Part shown: positions 18,227-27,237 of the stretch, piece by piece
How the letters are laid out: every line of letters begins with the position of its first letter
How positions within the stretch are numbered: the stretch's first letter is position 1
NCBI GenBank assembly: GCA_003144275.1
Contig: NJBF01000039.1
Coordinates: 3,321 to 35,320 of the forward strand
Length of the DNA: 32,000 nt
Direction: 5' to 3'
From: Candidatus Heimdallarchaeota archaeon B3_Heim
Lineage (GTDB): Archaea; Asgardarchaeota; Heimdallarchaeia; Hodarchaeales; Hodarchaeaceae
Program-made: the position numbers and the translations under genes
The notes under the pieces: generated by a model
The model's database searches: none
The model's input: the letters and a program-made list of their open reading frames with translations, nothing else
What the model was told of the DNA's origin: nothing

Positions 18227-19230
18227 ACGTCTAATTCAATAACTTTTCCAGTTTCAATACTTTTTCTGGTCGCTTCGACTAATTTCAGAGCATTAATACC
18301 ATCATCAATTGTAACTAAAGGTTCACCATCACCCCTAATGCAATCTACTAGATTCCACAGTTCAGAAAGTAGTGGTTCGCCGTAAACTTTTATCTGTTCT
18401 CCATTAGAAAAGGGAATACGAATAGCTGATACTTCCTTATCCCCTCGGGCAATTTCTAAACTCCTTAATTCAAGAATTTGAGTAAGCAAATTGGCACACA
18501 ATGTTGCTTTTGTACCTTCAATATCTATTGTCCGTAATTTCCCAGCGAATTCTCGACTCATCAAAAATGTTACTATAAATTCTCCCTCTTGAGATGTTAA
18601 TACAATAATACTAGAGTTTCCTACATTGTTTAACGTGAGAGCAGAAGAGAATAACTTCAATTTGCCTCGGGGTAGTAAACGCATAGCTACATCAAAATCG
18701 TGGACTCCAATATCTTCATAAACATCACCGATTGAATCAAGACGTGCTTCAGCAACAGCTCCTCGCCTTTGAAATAGCACTGATCGTGGTTCTCCGATTA
18801 CTCCCTTGTCAAGAATTTCGATTATGCTAGATATAACAGGATTAAAAACTTCTACATGGCCAACGATAGTTTTTATATTTTTACCATGAATCTTACTTTT
18901 TAACTCAAGCGCCTGTTCGACAGAAGATGCAACAGGCTTTTCTATAAGAAGTCCTTTTAAAGAAGGTAAGTGAGAAACGACTTCTAATGCAACCTTCGAG
19001 TGAATATTAGTTGGTACTGCAACAATAACGCCATTTGGTTTTCGTTCACTTGCTAACTCTTCTATAGTTGAAAAACTTGGAACTTTAAATTTTAGACTTA
19101 CCCTTTCTGCTGTAGCGTTATCAGGTTCAACAATTGAATCTAGAAAACCCAATCTATGTAATAATCGCGCGTGGGAAAAACCCATTCTTCCCACTCCTAC
19201 AACTGTTATTCGTATTGAATCATTTGACAT
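18223..19230 (-). CDS. Gfo/Idh/MocA family NAD(P)-dependent oxidoreductase
   Basis: VVGVGRMGFSHA Rossmann motif, VAVPTNIH, LLIEKP, VGHVEVFNP, DIGVHDFD. Confidence 0.93.
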   Translation of the reverse strand: MSNDSIRITVVGVGRMGFSHARLLHRLGFLDSIVEPDNATAERVSLKFKVPSFSTIEELASERKPNGVIVAVPTNIHSKVALEVVSHLPSLKGLLIEKPVASSVEQALELKSKIHGKNIKTIVGHVEVFNPVISSIIEILDKGVIGEPRSVLFQRRGAVAEARLDSIGDVYEDIGVHDFDVAMRLLPRGKLKLFSSALTLNNVGNSSIIVLTSQEGEFIVTFLMSREFAGKLRTIDIEGTKATLCANLLTQILELRSLEIARGDKEVSAIRIPFSNGEQIKVYGEPLLSELWNLVDCIRGDGEPLVTIDDGINALKLVEATRKSIETGKVIELDV

Positions 19231-19267
19231 TTCCTAATCACCCTACTAGCATTTGAAGAGTTCCACA

Positions 19268-20605
19268 TTAAGGCCGATATGTTTCTTGTGCTACGATCGA
19301 GAGAACTTGAATAGAATAATAAAACGTGAGTAGGATGACTATTAGCATTATGAAGTATGCGACAATATTCCACTGTTTTAGCACACGATCATAGAAATCA
19401 CCCAATGGTAAAATTAAGATTAACGAAATCCAAGTGGCTCCGAAAAAGACTGCGATAAAATGAGTCTTGAGAGAAAAGTCCTGGAATAAGAATCCCGAAA
19501 ACTCTCCAACTAAACCCACTACCCCAATACTAAGGATTGCAAGCAGAAAAGTTATACAAACAGTATAGATTGATCCCCATGAAATACCTTTGACGAAGGA
19601 TTGATTTCTGATCCCCCTTTCTTCCGATGTTTTTATATCCCCTAAACGAAGGATTATTGGTCCTCCGCCAAAATAAATCCATAAAAAGTTAAAAATAGCC
19701 GTAATAAGAACTCTTGAAGTATCTAAGCGATAATTTACTTGATAACCCGTCTTTCTGTACACGAAAAATGTAGCTAGCCAGATTGGCATCATTAACAAGG
19801 ATGTCAGAAGAAAACCTGACATGATGCCAAACAAACCATCCAAAATAGGATCTGTTTCGATATTTAAGAAAAAATCACTTGTCGAATATCTGAAATACCA
19901 ATAAAAGTAAATCATTGTAACCAATATAAGAGATCCACCATAGTTCAGCAAATTCTGCCGGTTAAACCCACCAAAATTTTTATTCAGAGAACTTAAGGTC
20001 TGGTGATTCCTGTGTACAACTCCGAAAGAACGTGAATGTGAAATTGTACTTTTTATAGGAAAAGATCTTGATGTCCCATGTCTGATTATTGTAAGTGGAA
20101 TACTTGCAGGTTTTAATAATTGAGACAACTCTACTTGAAATCCTTCAAATGGTTTCTCAAGTAACAAAGAACGTTTCGTTTTCCTACCAAAATCAGTCGC
20201 TCCACAATGTACACAATATCCTGTATTCGGAGGATTTGGTTTCCAACAATGATTACAAATAACAGCTTGTGATCCTTCTTGAACGGAAGTTTGCAATCGA
20301 GCTCCACATAAATGACAAAATGAATGTCCTGTGGGGATTTCCTGTCGACATAAAGGACAATTTTGATTTTTGGCAATCACTGGTGATTCAGTGTCGAGAG
20401 ATTTCCCGCATCTGATACAAAAAATCGTTTTGGGAACTAACTCTTCACAATGTGGACATTTGATCTCACTAAATGAAGGTTGTTGAACCTTCTCCAAGGT
20501 AGAGCTCAATTTTTGCCCACAGGTAATACAAAATTCCGTTTTAGGGACGTTGTTATTACAATGAGGACAATTAATAAAAGTAATATCCGTATTATCTGAA
20601 TTCAT
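19268..20605 (-). CDS. Four zinc ribbons (double-zinc-ribbon repeats) fused to a polytopic membrane domain, possibly a catalytically dead M50-like protease fold
   Basis: Eight CxxC motifs (CPHC/CITC, CPHC/CIRC, CPLC/CHLC, CNHC/CVHC) in the first ~140 aa; about 6-7 hydrophobic segments after aa ~220. Confidence 0.75.
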   Translation of the reverse strand: MNSDNTDITFINCPHCNNNVPKTEFCITCGQKLSSTLEKVQQPSFSEIKCPHCEELVPKTIFCIRCGKSLDTESPVIAKNQNCPLCRQEIPTGHSFCHLCGARLQTSVQEGSQAVICNHCWKPNPPNTGYCVHCGATDFGRKTKRSLLLEKPFEGFQVELSQLLKPASIPLTIIRHGTSRSFPIKSTISHSRSFGVVHRNHQTLSSLNKNFGGFNRQNLLNYGGSLILVTMIYFYWYFRYSTSDFFLNIETDPILDGLFGIMSGFLLTSLLMMPIWLATFFVYRKTGYQVNYRLDTSRVLITAIFNFLWIYFGGGPIILRLGDIKTSEERGIRNQSFVKGISWGSIYTVCITFLLAILSIGVVGLVGEFSGFLFQDFSLKTHFIAVFFGATWISLILILPLGDFYDRVLKQWNIVAYFIMLIVILLTFYYSIQVLSIVAQETYRP

Positions 20606-20736
20606 TAGATCTAAATGTCCTGTTTCGATTATTAGTTGTTTTCATCTATTCATATACTTGTTTAAAAATGATGTTCTGTTAAAGCAACAACTATTCTTGT
20701 TTATTGCTGATTTCTCACAAAGTAAAAAGAATTTTC

Positions 20737-21189
20737 TTAGTTCCAAATGAAAGTGAATACTCCAAACAAGAAAATCATTAACTCGACGACGATTATTTGT
20801 TGTTTCCTATAGTAATTCTTAATGAAATTCACAGGATTTGATTCTTCGAGAATTTCTAATGGATCTAAATTGAGAAGTGACACTGAATAGTCGGAAAAAG
20901 GAGCAAATATATACACATTCCAATCAATCATATCACTCATGAGATGTATGAAACCACCAAGGAAAAACCAATAAAAATTTGATTTTAGGAGGAAGGAAAA
21001 AGAAGTAAGAAAAATCCATACCATTGGATAGTGGGGAAAATAAGTCCGATGGTTCTTTTTTTGAAGAATTCCTAAGAATATATCTGCATCTGGAAGAACA
21101 CAGCCTAGAATTAATAACATATTCGAGAACGAATCGATTTGAAGGATATTCACAAATATTATTCCGATTAAAAGATGGATATGAGGCAT
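20737..21189 (-). CDS. Membrane-bound metal-dependent hydrolase (YdjM-like)
   Basis: MPHIH, LPDADI, NHRTYFPHYP, IHLMSDMID pattern. ORF track starts at 21267; the ATG at 21189 fits the family N-terminus. Confidence 0.75.
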   Translation of the reverse strand: MPHIHLLIGIIFVNILQIDSFSNMLLILGCVLPDADIFLGILQKKNHRTYFPHYPMVWIFLTSFSFLLKSNFYWFFLGGFIHLMSDMIDWNVYIFAPFSDYSVSLLNLDPLEILEESNPVNFIKNYYRKQQIIVVELMIFLFGVFTFIWN

Positions 21190-21316
21190 CAAATTGCATA
21201 CCAGCTGGAAATCTATATACTGATGCAGAATTTTCGAGTTTACTATACGCATATAATTTAAAAACAAAATTCATTCTCTAATAAAATGGTCAAATACATT
21301 TTGGGATAGATGTGCT

Positions 21317-21700
21317 ATGCCATACCGTCAACCTTTAGAAAAGTTGCTTGAAGAAAAGAAAGTTCTTGGAGTGGTAATTTTTGACCCTTCTGGCAATGAT
21401 TGGTGGCATACAGGGTCATTCCCGCAAGCAAATGACAGACTTTTAGATGGATACTATTTAATTCACGAATGGGTAACATACCCAGCTTCTGCTGAAATAG
21501 CTGGAGTAAAATATCTGACATTACTTAATGCGTACCCAGATTACTGGCTTTTGACAAATATGCAAGGCCAAGGATCCTTAATTCTCCAAAAAGCTACTAA
21601 CGGCTTTTATTTTTTCTGTTATCTAGATGAATCCATTGATCCACCTGACATCCAGAAAGAAGTAAAAGTAATTGCCGAGCTTTTCGCACAAGGCGTCTAA
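21317..21700 (+). CDS. Profilin (Asgard type)
   Basis: 127 aa; VLGVVIFDPSGNDWWHT, EIAGVKYL, LTNMQGQGSLI, C-terminal helix IQKEVKVIAELF; N-terminus aligns without gaps to eukaryotic profilins as recalled (yeast [34 protein letters not shown]). Confidence 0.8.
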   Translation: MPYRQPLEKLLEEKKVLGVVIFDPSGNDWWHTGSFPQANDRLLDGYYLIHEWVTYPASAEIAGVKYLTLLNAYPDYWLLTNMQGQGSLILQKATNGFYFFCYLDESIDPPDIQKEVKVIAELFAQGV

Positions 21701-21710
21701 GGGATTTATA

Positions 21711-23135
21711 ATGACATCAGGAAACGATTATTCGAGTCTAAGCCATATTTTTCGAGCTTATGACGTACGAGGAGTATATAATAAAGAAATCACTGCTGCA
21801 GTCCATTATCGGATTGGTCTAGCCTTCGGAACATTCTTGCAGAGAAATCAAGGATTTCAGACCCAGGATCATTTTGTCTTTATTGCTTGGGATATTCGCC
21901 AAACAAGTTCACTATTAGCACAAGCTTTTGCTGCCGGAGTCATGTCTTCTGGAATACATATTGAGTATTCTGGGGAAGCTTTACAATTTGGTGCATGTAT
22001 GTTTTCAGCTTGGAAACGGAATGCATTTGCTACGGCATATATAACTGCTTCTCATCTTCCTCCTGAATGGAATGGGGTCAAATTTTATTATGGTAATGGA
22101 GTGGGTTTTTCTGAAGAAGACAACATGAAAATTCGAGACATTTTTATTGAAGGTGATTTTCTTCAACCATCATGGACAGGGGTAGGACAAATGACTCGCT
22201 TGAATCTCAAAAATGAGTATCGTGATTATTTAAGTACAAAGTTTACACTTAAAAGACCATTAAAAGTTGTTGTCGACTGTGGGAATGGTTCCTCATGTTT
22301 GTCAGCTCCTGAAGTCCTAAAATCTATCGGTCTTGAGGTAATTCCCTTATACTGTGAAGTCAATCCTGCTTTCCCCAATAGGCCTTCTGAACCCAATGAA
22401 CAAACTTTGACTGAGCTATCGAAAATTGTTATTGAAGAGAAAGCAGATTTTGGAGTGGGATTCGATGGGGATGGTGATCGTGCTGTTATTGCTGATAATA
22501 CAGGCCGTGTCTTACTCGCCGATATTACAGGTCTAATTCTGGCCAAATATATGCTCTCGATTTTTCCGAAGAAGAAAAGGGTACTAGCGAATGTAGAATG
22601 TTCTCTTGCATTAGAAAAATCACTCCCTGAATCAACAATTGTTGACCGTATTAAAGTAGGCCATACATTCCTAACTGCAGATGCACAGGATAAGAAAGAT
22701 ACATTAATTGGAATTGAGAGCTCTGGACATATGGTTTTTCCACATATATACCTATTTGATGATGCAATGATCATTCCTTTGATCTTAGCTGAAATGCTAT
22801 CAACGCAAGATACTAGTCTCTCTGAATTGGTTGATCAACTGCCCTTATTGTATAAACGTAGGGTAGCTGTCCCAGCACCAGATAATATCAAATTTAACGC
22901 TATAACAAGTTTGTTACAAGAGATTAAAGCATCCCATAATTCTGTGACTGACATCGATGGAATTGGTATTTCTTTTGGTGTTGAATCTTGGGTATTAATT
23001 CGGGCTAGTAATACAGGACCAAAAATTCGCATCACTATAGAGGCAGAATCAGCTAATCAGGCAGATGAGTTACTAGTTAAATATCAAAAGTTATTAGAAG
23101 ATAAGCTTCAAGAGATTACCTCTACAATGGAATGA
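21711..23135 (+). CDS. Phosphomannomutase/phosphoglucomutase (alpha-D-phosphohexomutase)
   Basis: IFRAYDVRG, ITASHLPPEWNGVKF (phosphoserine), GFDGDGDRA (metal loop), GIESSGH, LIRASNTGPKIRI. ATG 21711 chosen over 21672, which overlaps profilin. Confidence 0.95.
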   Translation: MTSGNDYSSLSHIFRAYDVRGVYNKEITAAVHYRIGLAFGTFLQRNQGFQTQDHFVFIAWDIRQTSSLLAQAFAAGVMSSGIHIEYSGEALQFGACMFSAWKRNAFATAYITASHLPPEWNGVKFYYGNGVGFSEEDNMKIRDIFIEGDFLQPSWTGVGQMTRLNLKNEYRDYLSTKFTLKRPLKVVVDCGNGSSCLSAPEVLKSIGLEVIPLYCEVNPAFPNRPSEPNEQTLTELSKIVIEEKADFGVGFDGDGDRAVIADNTGRVLLADITGLILAKYMLSIFPKKKRVLANVECSLALEKSLPESTIVDRIKVGHTFLTADAQDKKDTLIGIESSGHMVFPHIYLFDDAMIIPLILAEMLSTQDTSLSELVDQLPLLYKRRVAVPAPDNIKFNAITSLLQEIKASHNSVTDIDGIGISFGVESWVLIRASNTGPKIRITIEAESANQADELLVKYQKLLEDKLQEITSTME

Positions 23136-23136
23136 T

Positions 23137-23844
23137 GTGTTAGAAATGATTGATAAAATCGGTTTAATAGGTGGCACTGGTCCATTAGGACAAGGATTAG
23201 CTTTACGGTGGGGATTAGTAGGCGAACCAGTCTGTATGGGTTCAAGGCAGCAGGAAAAAGCGGACAAAATTGCTCTTGAAATAAATTCGAAGTTAAATAG
23301 TCAGATAATTCAACCTATGACAAATGAGGATTGTATTCAAGAAGCAGACATTATTCTCATCACTACTCCATTTAATTTCATGATTAAAACGATAGAACCA
23401 TTATTACCTCACTTAACGGTGGAAAAAATCCTTGTCGATGTCACTGTTCCTCTGAAACCGTTTGAAAAGGGAAAAATGGTTGACATTCTACCACCAATGG
23501 ACTTAAAAGCTCAAAGTGCCACGGAACTCCTACGAAAAGTTGTTCCTCCTAACATACCTGTAGTAGGTGCCTTTAAAACCCTATCAAATTCCACATTACG
23601 AGATATTAACAGATTACCAACCTTATATCAGGATGTTTTCATTTTTAGTAAAGATAAAGAAGCTAAAAATAGAGTGAAGGAGAAAGCCCTTAAAATTGAG
23701 CACCTCCGACCTGTTGACGCTGGAGGAACGCTTTCAGCAAGACATGTGGAAAGATTTACTGCCTTCCTCATTGGTCTCAATCGAAGATATAAAACACATG
23801 ATTCTGGAATTAAAGTTTCAGGACTACCTACACGAAAATGGTAA
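23137..23844 (+). CDS. npdG: NADPH-dependent F420 reductase (F420H2:NADP+ oxidoreductase)
   Basis: IGLIGGTGPLGQGLALRW, MGSRQQEKA, VDVTVPL, VVGAFKTLS, RPVDAG, ERFTAFLIGLNRRY. Alternative start ATG 23146. Confidence 0.88.
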   Translation: MLEMIDKIGLIGGTGPLGQGLALRWGLVGEPVCMGSRQQEKADKIALEINSKLNSQIIQPMTNEDCIQEADIILITTPFNFMIKTIEPLLPHLTVEKILVDVTVPLKPFEKGKMVDILPPMDLKAQSATELLRKVVPPNIPVVGAFKTLSNSTLRDINRLPTLYQDVFIFSKDKEAKNRVKEKALKIEHLRPVDAGGTLSARHVERFTAFLIGLNRRYKTHDSGIKVSGLPTRKW

Positions 23845-23848
23845 TTAT

Positions 23849-25474
23849 TTAGATGCTTGGTTTAAAAGTATCTATTATCTGTTTTTGTGATTTAGAGATA
23901 TTATAATGGTTGAGGATAAACTCGTCCAATTGAGTTATTTCCTCATTTCCCAAACATTTTTCTCTCTCTATCTTCATTTCTTCGATTTTTTGTTCCTCTA
24001 ATGCGGAAAATGGTAATTTAATGGGAAGTCGCTTCAAATAGTTGATTGCTATTTTAGGAAATATTTTCTTTACCGTTTTAAACTTATGGTTAAGATAAAA
24101 AGTCAATAACGAGGAGTTTAATATGATTTCTAAGTGTTTTAAATTGAAATGAGACCATTGTGGGTTGAAGGTAATTATATACACATCGCACACACAAAAA
24201 AGCCTGTTTGGATCATAAACTGCTATAAGCTCACGACCAATTCTTCGGAGGAGCAATTTAGGTGTCATATACATTGATTTATCTTTAAAAATTGATTTCC
24301 TGTTCGAATCGAAATCAATATATCTCTTATCTCCTACTATGGAAAATTTACTGATATTTCTCCCAGCTATCAATGGTATAGAATCCTTTGTAGAAGGTGT
24401 TTCGCTAGTTAAGGTTGACTTAAATCCTAACTCGATTCCACGTGTAATAGATGCAATATCCTTTAGAAATAGCGAATCTATTTCCATAATCTCAAGAATT
24501 TCAGTAATTTCTGTAGCCATATCAGGTACAATGTACCTAAACTTCTGATCCATAATCATACTTTGGTCATTCTTTTTAATCTGAGAAATTCCACTTTCAA
24601 CTGAATACCTACTGAATTCAATGATATTGGAAAGACTCTTCTCGGCTTCAGTTTTCTTATATCCCATTACAATGCATGTTTCAACAGATACTGAAGGAAA
24701 TACATTGTCATCCAACATTATGATTTTCTTGATGTAAATCTGATTGAGTAATAAATCCCTGAATGCTTGATATCGAAAGTTTGTAGTGAAGTTATTCGGA
24801 ATAAGGAAGATTAACGCTCCTCCTTCTCGTAATAGATGTATTGACCGTTCCACAAATAGAAGATAACTTTCTATTTCGGGATCAACACCTTCAAAAATTC
24901 TTCTATAGATATTTTTCTCTTCTGAAGTAAATGAAATCCCAAAGGGGGGATTTCCTATACAAATATCATATCCCTCTTTAGTATTAGGTAAGGGCCATTC
25001 ATAAAACCAATGAAACGCATTTTTAACCAAACTTATGTCTGGCTGAGTAATGTTAAGATCATCGAAGAAATAACGAGTTAATTTTTCTTCTGTATAATAA
25101 TTCTTCATGGTTTTAGGAGGTTTAATATACCCAATTAACGCATTACCAGTTTTAAACGAAATTTCAATATCCTGATTAGTCGCTAATTCCCTTTTTTTTG
25201 ACTCACATAAATTTATAGATTCATTATTTATATCTAAACCATGCAAAATTAGTTTAAAGTTTTTTAGATCACTTGCTCTGATGTTGTTCCGGTGTTTCAT
25301 AATTTCAAATAAAAATCTACCATCTCCAACTGAATTATCAAGGATGCTGATACTTCTAGAACCAAGTGGTTGGTTCAGAATCTTGTTAATAAAATCGAGA
25401 GAGAGATTGACCATTAATTTTACAATTGCTTGTGGAGTTGGGATCGCTCCTAGTGGTTCTTTTCCTTTATTCAC
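23849..25474 (-). CDS. N6-adenine DNA methyltransferase-like protein A (gamma class, Eco57I/TaqI-like with TaqI_C-type specificity domain)
   Basis: GAIPTP, motif I ILDNSVGDGRFL, GLDIN, motif IV DICIGNPPF (24941-24952), LFVERSIHLLREGG, FPSVSVETCI, C-terminal PKLLLRRI...LNSSLL. GTG start with GGAGGGGG upstream. Confidence 0.88.
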   Translation of the reverse strand: MNKGKEPLGAIPTPQAIVKLMVNLSLDFINKILNQPLGSRSISILDNSVGDGRFLFEIMKHRNNIRASDLKNFKLILHGLDINNESINLCESKKRELATNQDIEISFKTGNALIGYIKPPKTMKNYYTEEKLTRYFFDDLNITQPDISLVKNAFHWFYEWPLPNTKEGYDICIGNPPFGISFTSEEKNIYRRIFEGVDPEIESYLLFVERSIHLLREGGALIFLIPNNFTTNFRYQAFRDLLLNQIYIKKIIMLDDNVFPSVSVETCIVMGYKKTEAEKSLSNIIEFSRYSVESGISQIKKNDQSMIMDQKFRYIVPDMATEITEILEIMEIDSLFLKDIASITRGIELGFKSTLTSETPSTKDSIPLIAGRNISKFSIVGDKRYIDFDSNRKSIFKDKSMYMTPKLLLRRIGRELIAVYDPNRLFCVCDVYIITFNPQWSHFNLKHLEIILNSSLLTFYLNHKFKTVKKIFPKIAINYLKRLPIKLPFSALEEQKIEEMKIEREKCLGNEEITQLDEFILNHYNISKSQKQIIDTFKPSI

Positions 25475-25479
25475 CTTTC

Positions 25480-27222
25480 TTATTCCCCCTCCAAAATTAT
25501 CTGCTTTTCATTTTGAGATAATTCATAAAGATTGAAAACAATTTCGTCTATAATGGACCTAACATATTCCATCCTTGAATATTTTCCAAATATCCCTTCG
25601 ACGTAAGATTTATTGACTTTAATTCCTATTTGTTTTCCTAACCATGATAAGTCGTCTACATTTCTTGTTCGAAAAAACCTATCAATCTGCTTCATTAACT
25701 TAAAGGGATTACTTGTATGATTTTTCTGATTATATATTGACTGATTAACCATTTCATCTAGCAGTTGTTTTAGCTCCTTCCCTTCATTAAGATACAATTT
25801 GAAGATTTCTCCAATCACGAAGAATTGGTCTACGTTTGATTCCTTTTTTGCTGACAAACAAATATTGGGAAGCTGACTCTTTTCTACCATTTTCTTAATT
25901 TTACTACGGAAGTCAGAATTCGAATCACCATCCAAACGAGGAATTATTAGTTTATTTAGATATGGTTTATCTAAATCTTTGCTTGTTACAAATCGTTTAG
26001 TATATACTGCATTTTGTAACCACCAATTTATAAACTTAGATTGAAGTAAAGCACCATATGCATAAATATCATTAGACGAAGAATAAGGAGGAATTATGTT
26101 AATGACAGTTTCATGAGTAAGGTAGACACCTAAGGAATCAACCCAAATTGGAAGATCCAGTTGGAATTTTGGTTTGGTTTTATAAGCAATAATACGTTGT
26201 CCAATTATTTTAGGTTGTTTTAACCTTTTAAACTTAATTTCAGGAACAGCTTCATTTACATAATTACGTTCTGGAAATAAAAATCCGTGTGTAAGCGAAA
26301 CTTTTTCTATTAATGGAGTAGATACGTCTTTTACACGAAATCGACTACTTAAACCACGAAAAGCAGTCCATTCGATTCTTCTGTGATCTTTTAGGAGCTT
26401 TTCCATTAGTTTCTGCTCTGAGGGAGTGACACCCACTAAAAAATTATCGAAACGAATCGCGTTTTGAGTCTTTACGGTTGAAATGAAAGCTAGCTTTTCA
26501 TTCACAGGATCCCAGATCCCTGTTCGGAACTCTAAAGATGGAGAGATTTTTTGTAGTGTGAGGGCAACTTGCTCTTGCAATTGACCAGAAAATTGATTTG
26601 CTAAATCAAATACTTCTAAAAGACGAACCTGGGTTAGACATAATTGTCGAAATATTTTCCATTTATTAGAGTAAATAAAAGGTTTAGGTAAAATAAATGA
26701 AAGGATACCCCTGTCTTTCAAGAGATTAATTGACTTCAGTACGAAATAAAGAGCGGATTCTGACGGAATATTCTCTTGGACATCTTTAGGACGCAATTTT
26801 CTTATTTTATCCCACTCTTGTGGAGAATATTTCGCATGATGAGGAGGGTTAGATATGATTAAATCGTATTTTGTTCCTTGATTCTCTGTATCAAATTCAG
26901 TCAGAAAATTTTTGAGATGAAAAACAACAGAACATCTATCATCTTTAACAGAGTTAATTACTAATGATTTAGCTCTTGAGAGCGCAGAAGGGTCAATATC
27001 TAACGCATCGATATTGATAGAACAAAATTTATTCTTTAATATCTGAATAAGTGTTCTACAAAAAATTCCTTCTCCAGCTGATGGGTCTAACACTGAGAGA
27101 GTATCATTATCTCTTGGGTCATCAAGATAATAGACAATGTTTCCAATTATTGCCTGTACAATGTTTTCAGGTGTAAAATATTGCCCTTTTTCGCGCTGAG
27201 TACGTGACAAGCTGAGTCCCAA
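25480..27222 (-). CDS. N6-adenine DNA methyltransferase-like protein B (gamma class, atypical NPPH motif)
   Basis: REKGQYFTP, motif I VLDPSAGEGIF, ALDID, motif IV DLIISNPPH (26839-26850), LLKDRGILSFILP, C-terminal PKIIGQRI...IDEIVFNLYELS. TTG start (27222 or 27210). Confidence 0.85.
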   Translation of the reverse strand: MGLSLSRTQREKGQYFTPENIVQAIIGNIVYYLDDPRDNDTLSVLDPSAGEGIFCRTLIQILKNKFCSINIDALDIDPSALSRAKSLVINSVKDDRCSVVFHLKNFLTEFDTENQGTKYDLIISNPPHHAKYSPQEWDKIRKLRPKDVQENIPSESALYFVLKSINLLKDRGILSFILPKPFIYSNKWKIFRQLCLTQVRLLEVFDLANQFSGQLQEQVALTLQKISPSLEFRTGIWDPVNEKLAFISTVKTQNAIRFDNFLVGVTPSEQKLMEKLLKDHRRIEWTAFRGLSSRFRVKDVSTPLIEKVSLTHGFLFPERNYVNEAVPEIKFKRLKQPKIIGQRIIAYKTKPKFQLDLPIWVDSLGVYLTHETVINIIPPYSSSNDIYAYGALLQSKFINWWLQNAVYTKRFVTSKDLDKPYLNKLIIPRLDGDSNSDFRSKIKKMVEKSQLPNICLSAKKESNVDQFFVIGEIFKLYLNEGKELKQLLDEMVNQSIYNQKNHTSNPFKLMKQIDRFFRTRNVDDLSWLGKQIGIKVNKSYVEGIFGKYSRMEYVRSIIDEIVFNLYELSQNEKQIILEGE

Positions 27223-27237
27223 AAATCGTTTTTTTCA

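Noticed and set aside
21672-21710. Longer N-terminus for the phosphomannomutase overlapping profilin
   Set aside because: ATG at 21711 removes the overlap and sits just before the family's conserved IFRAYDVRG start.
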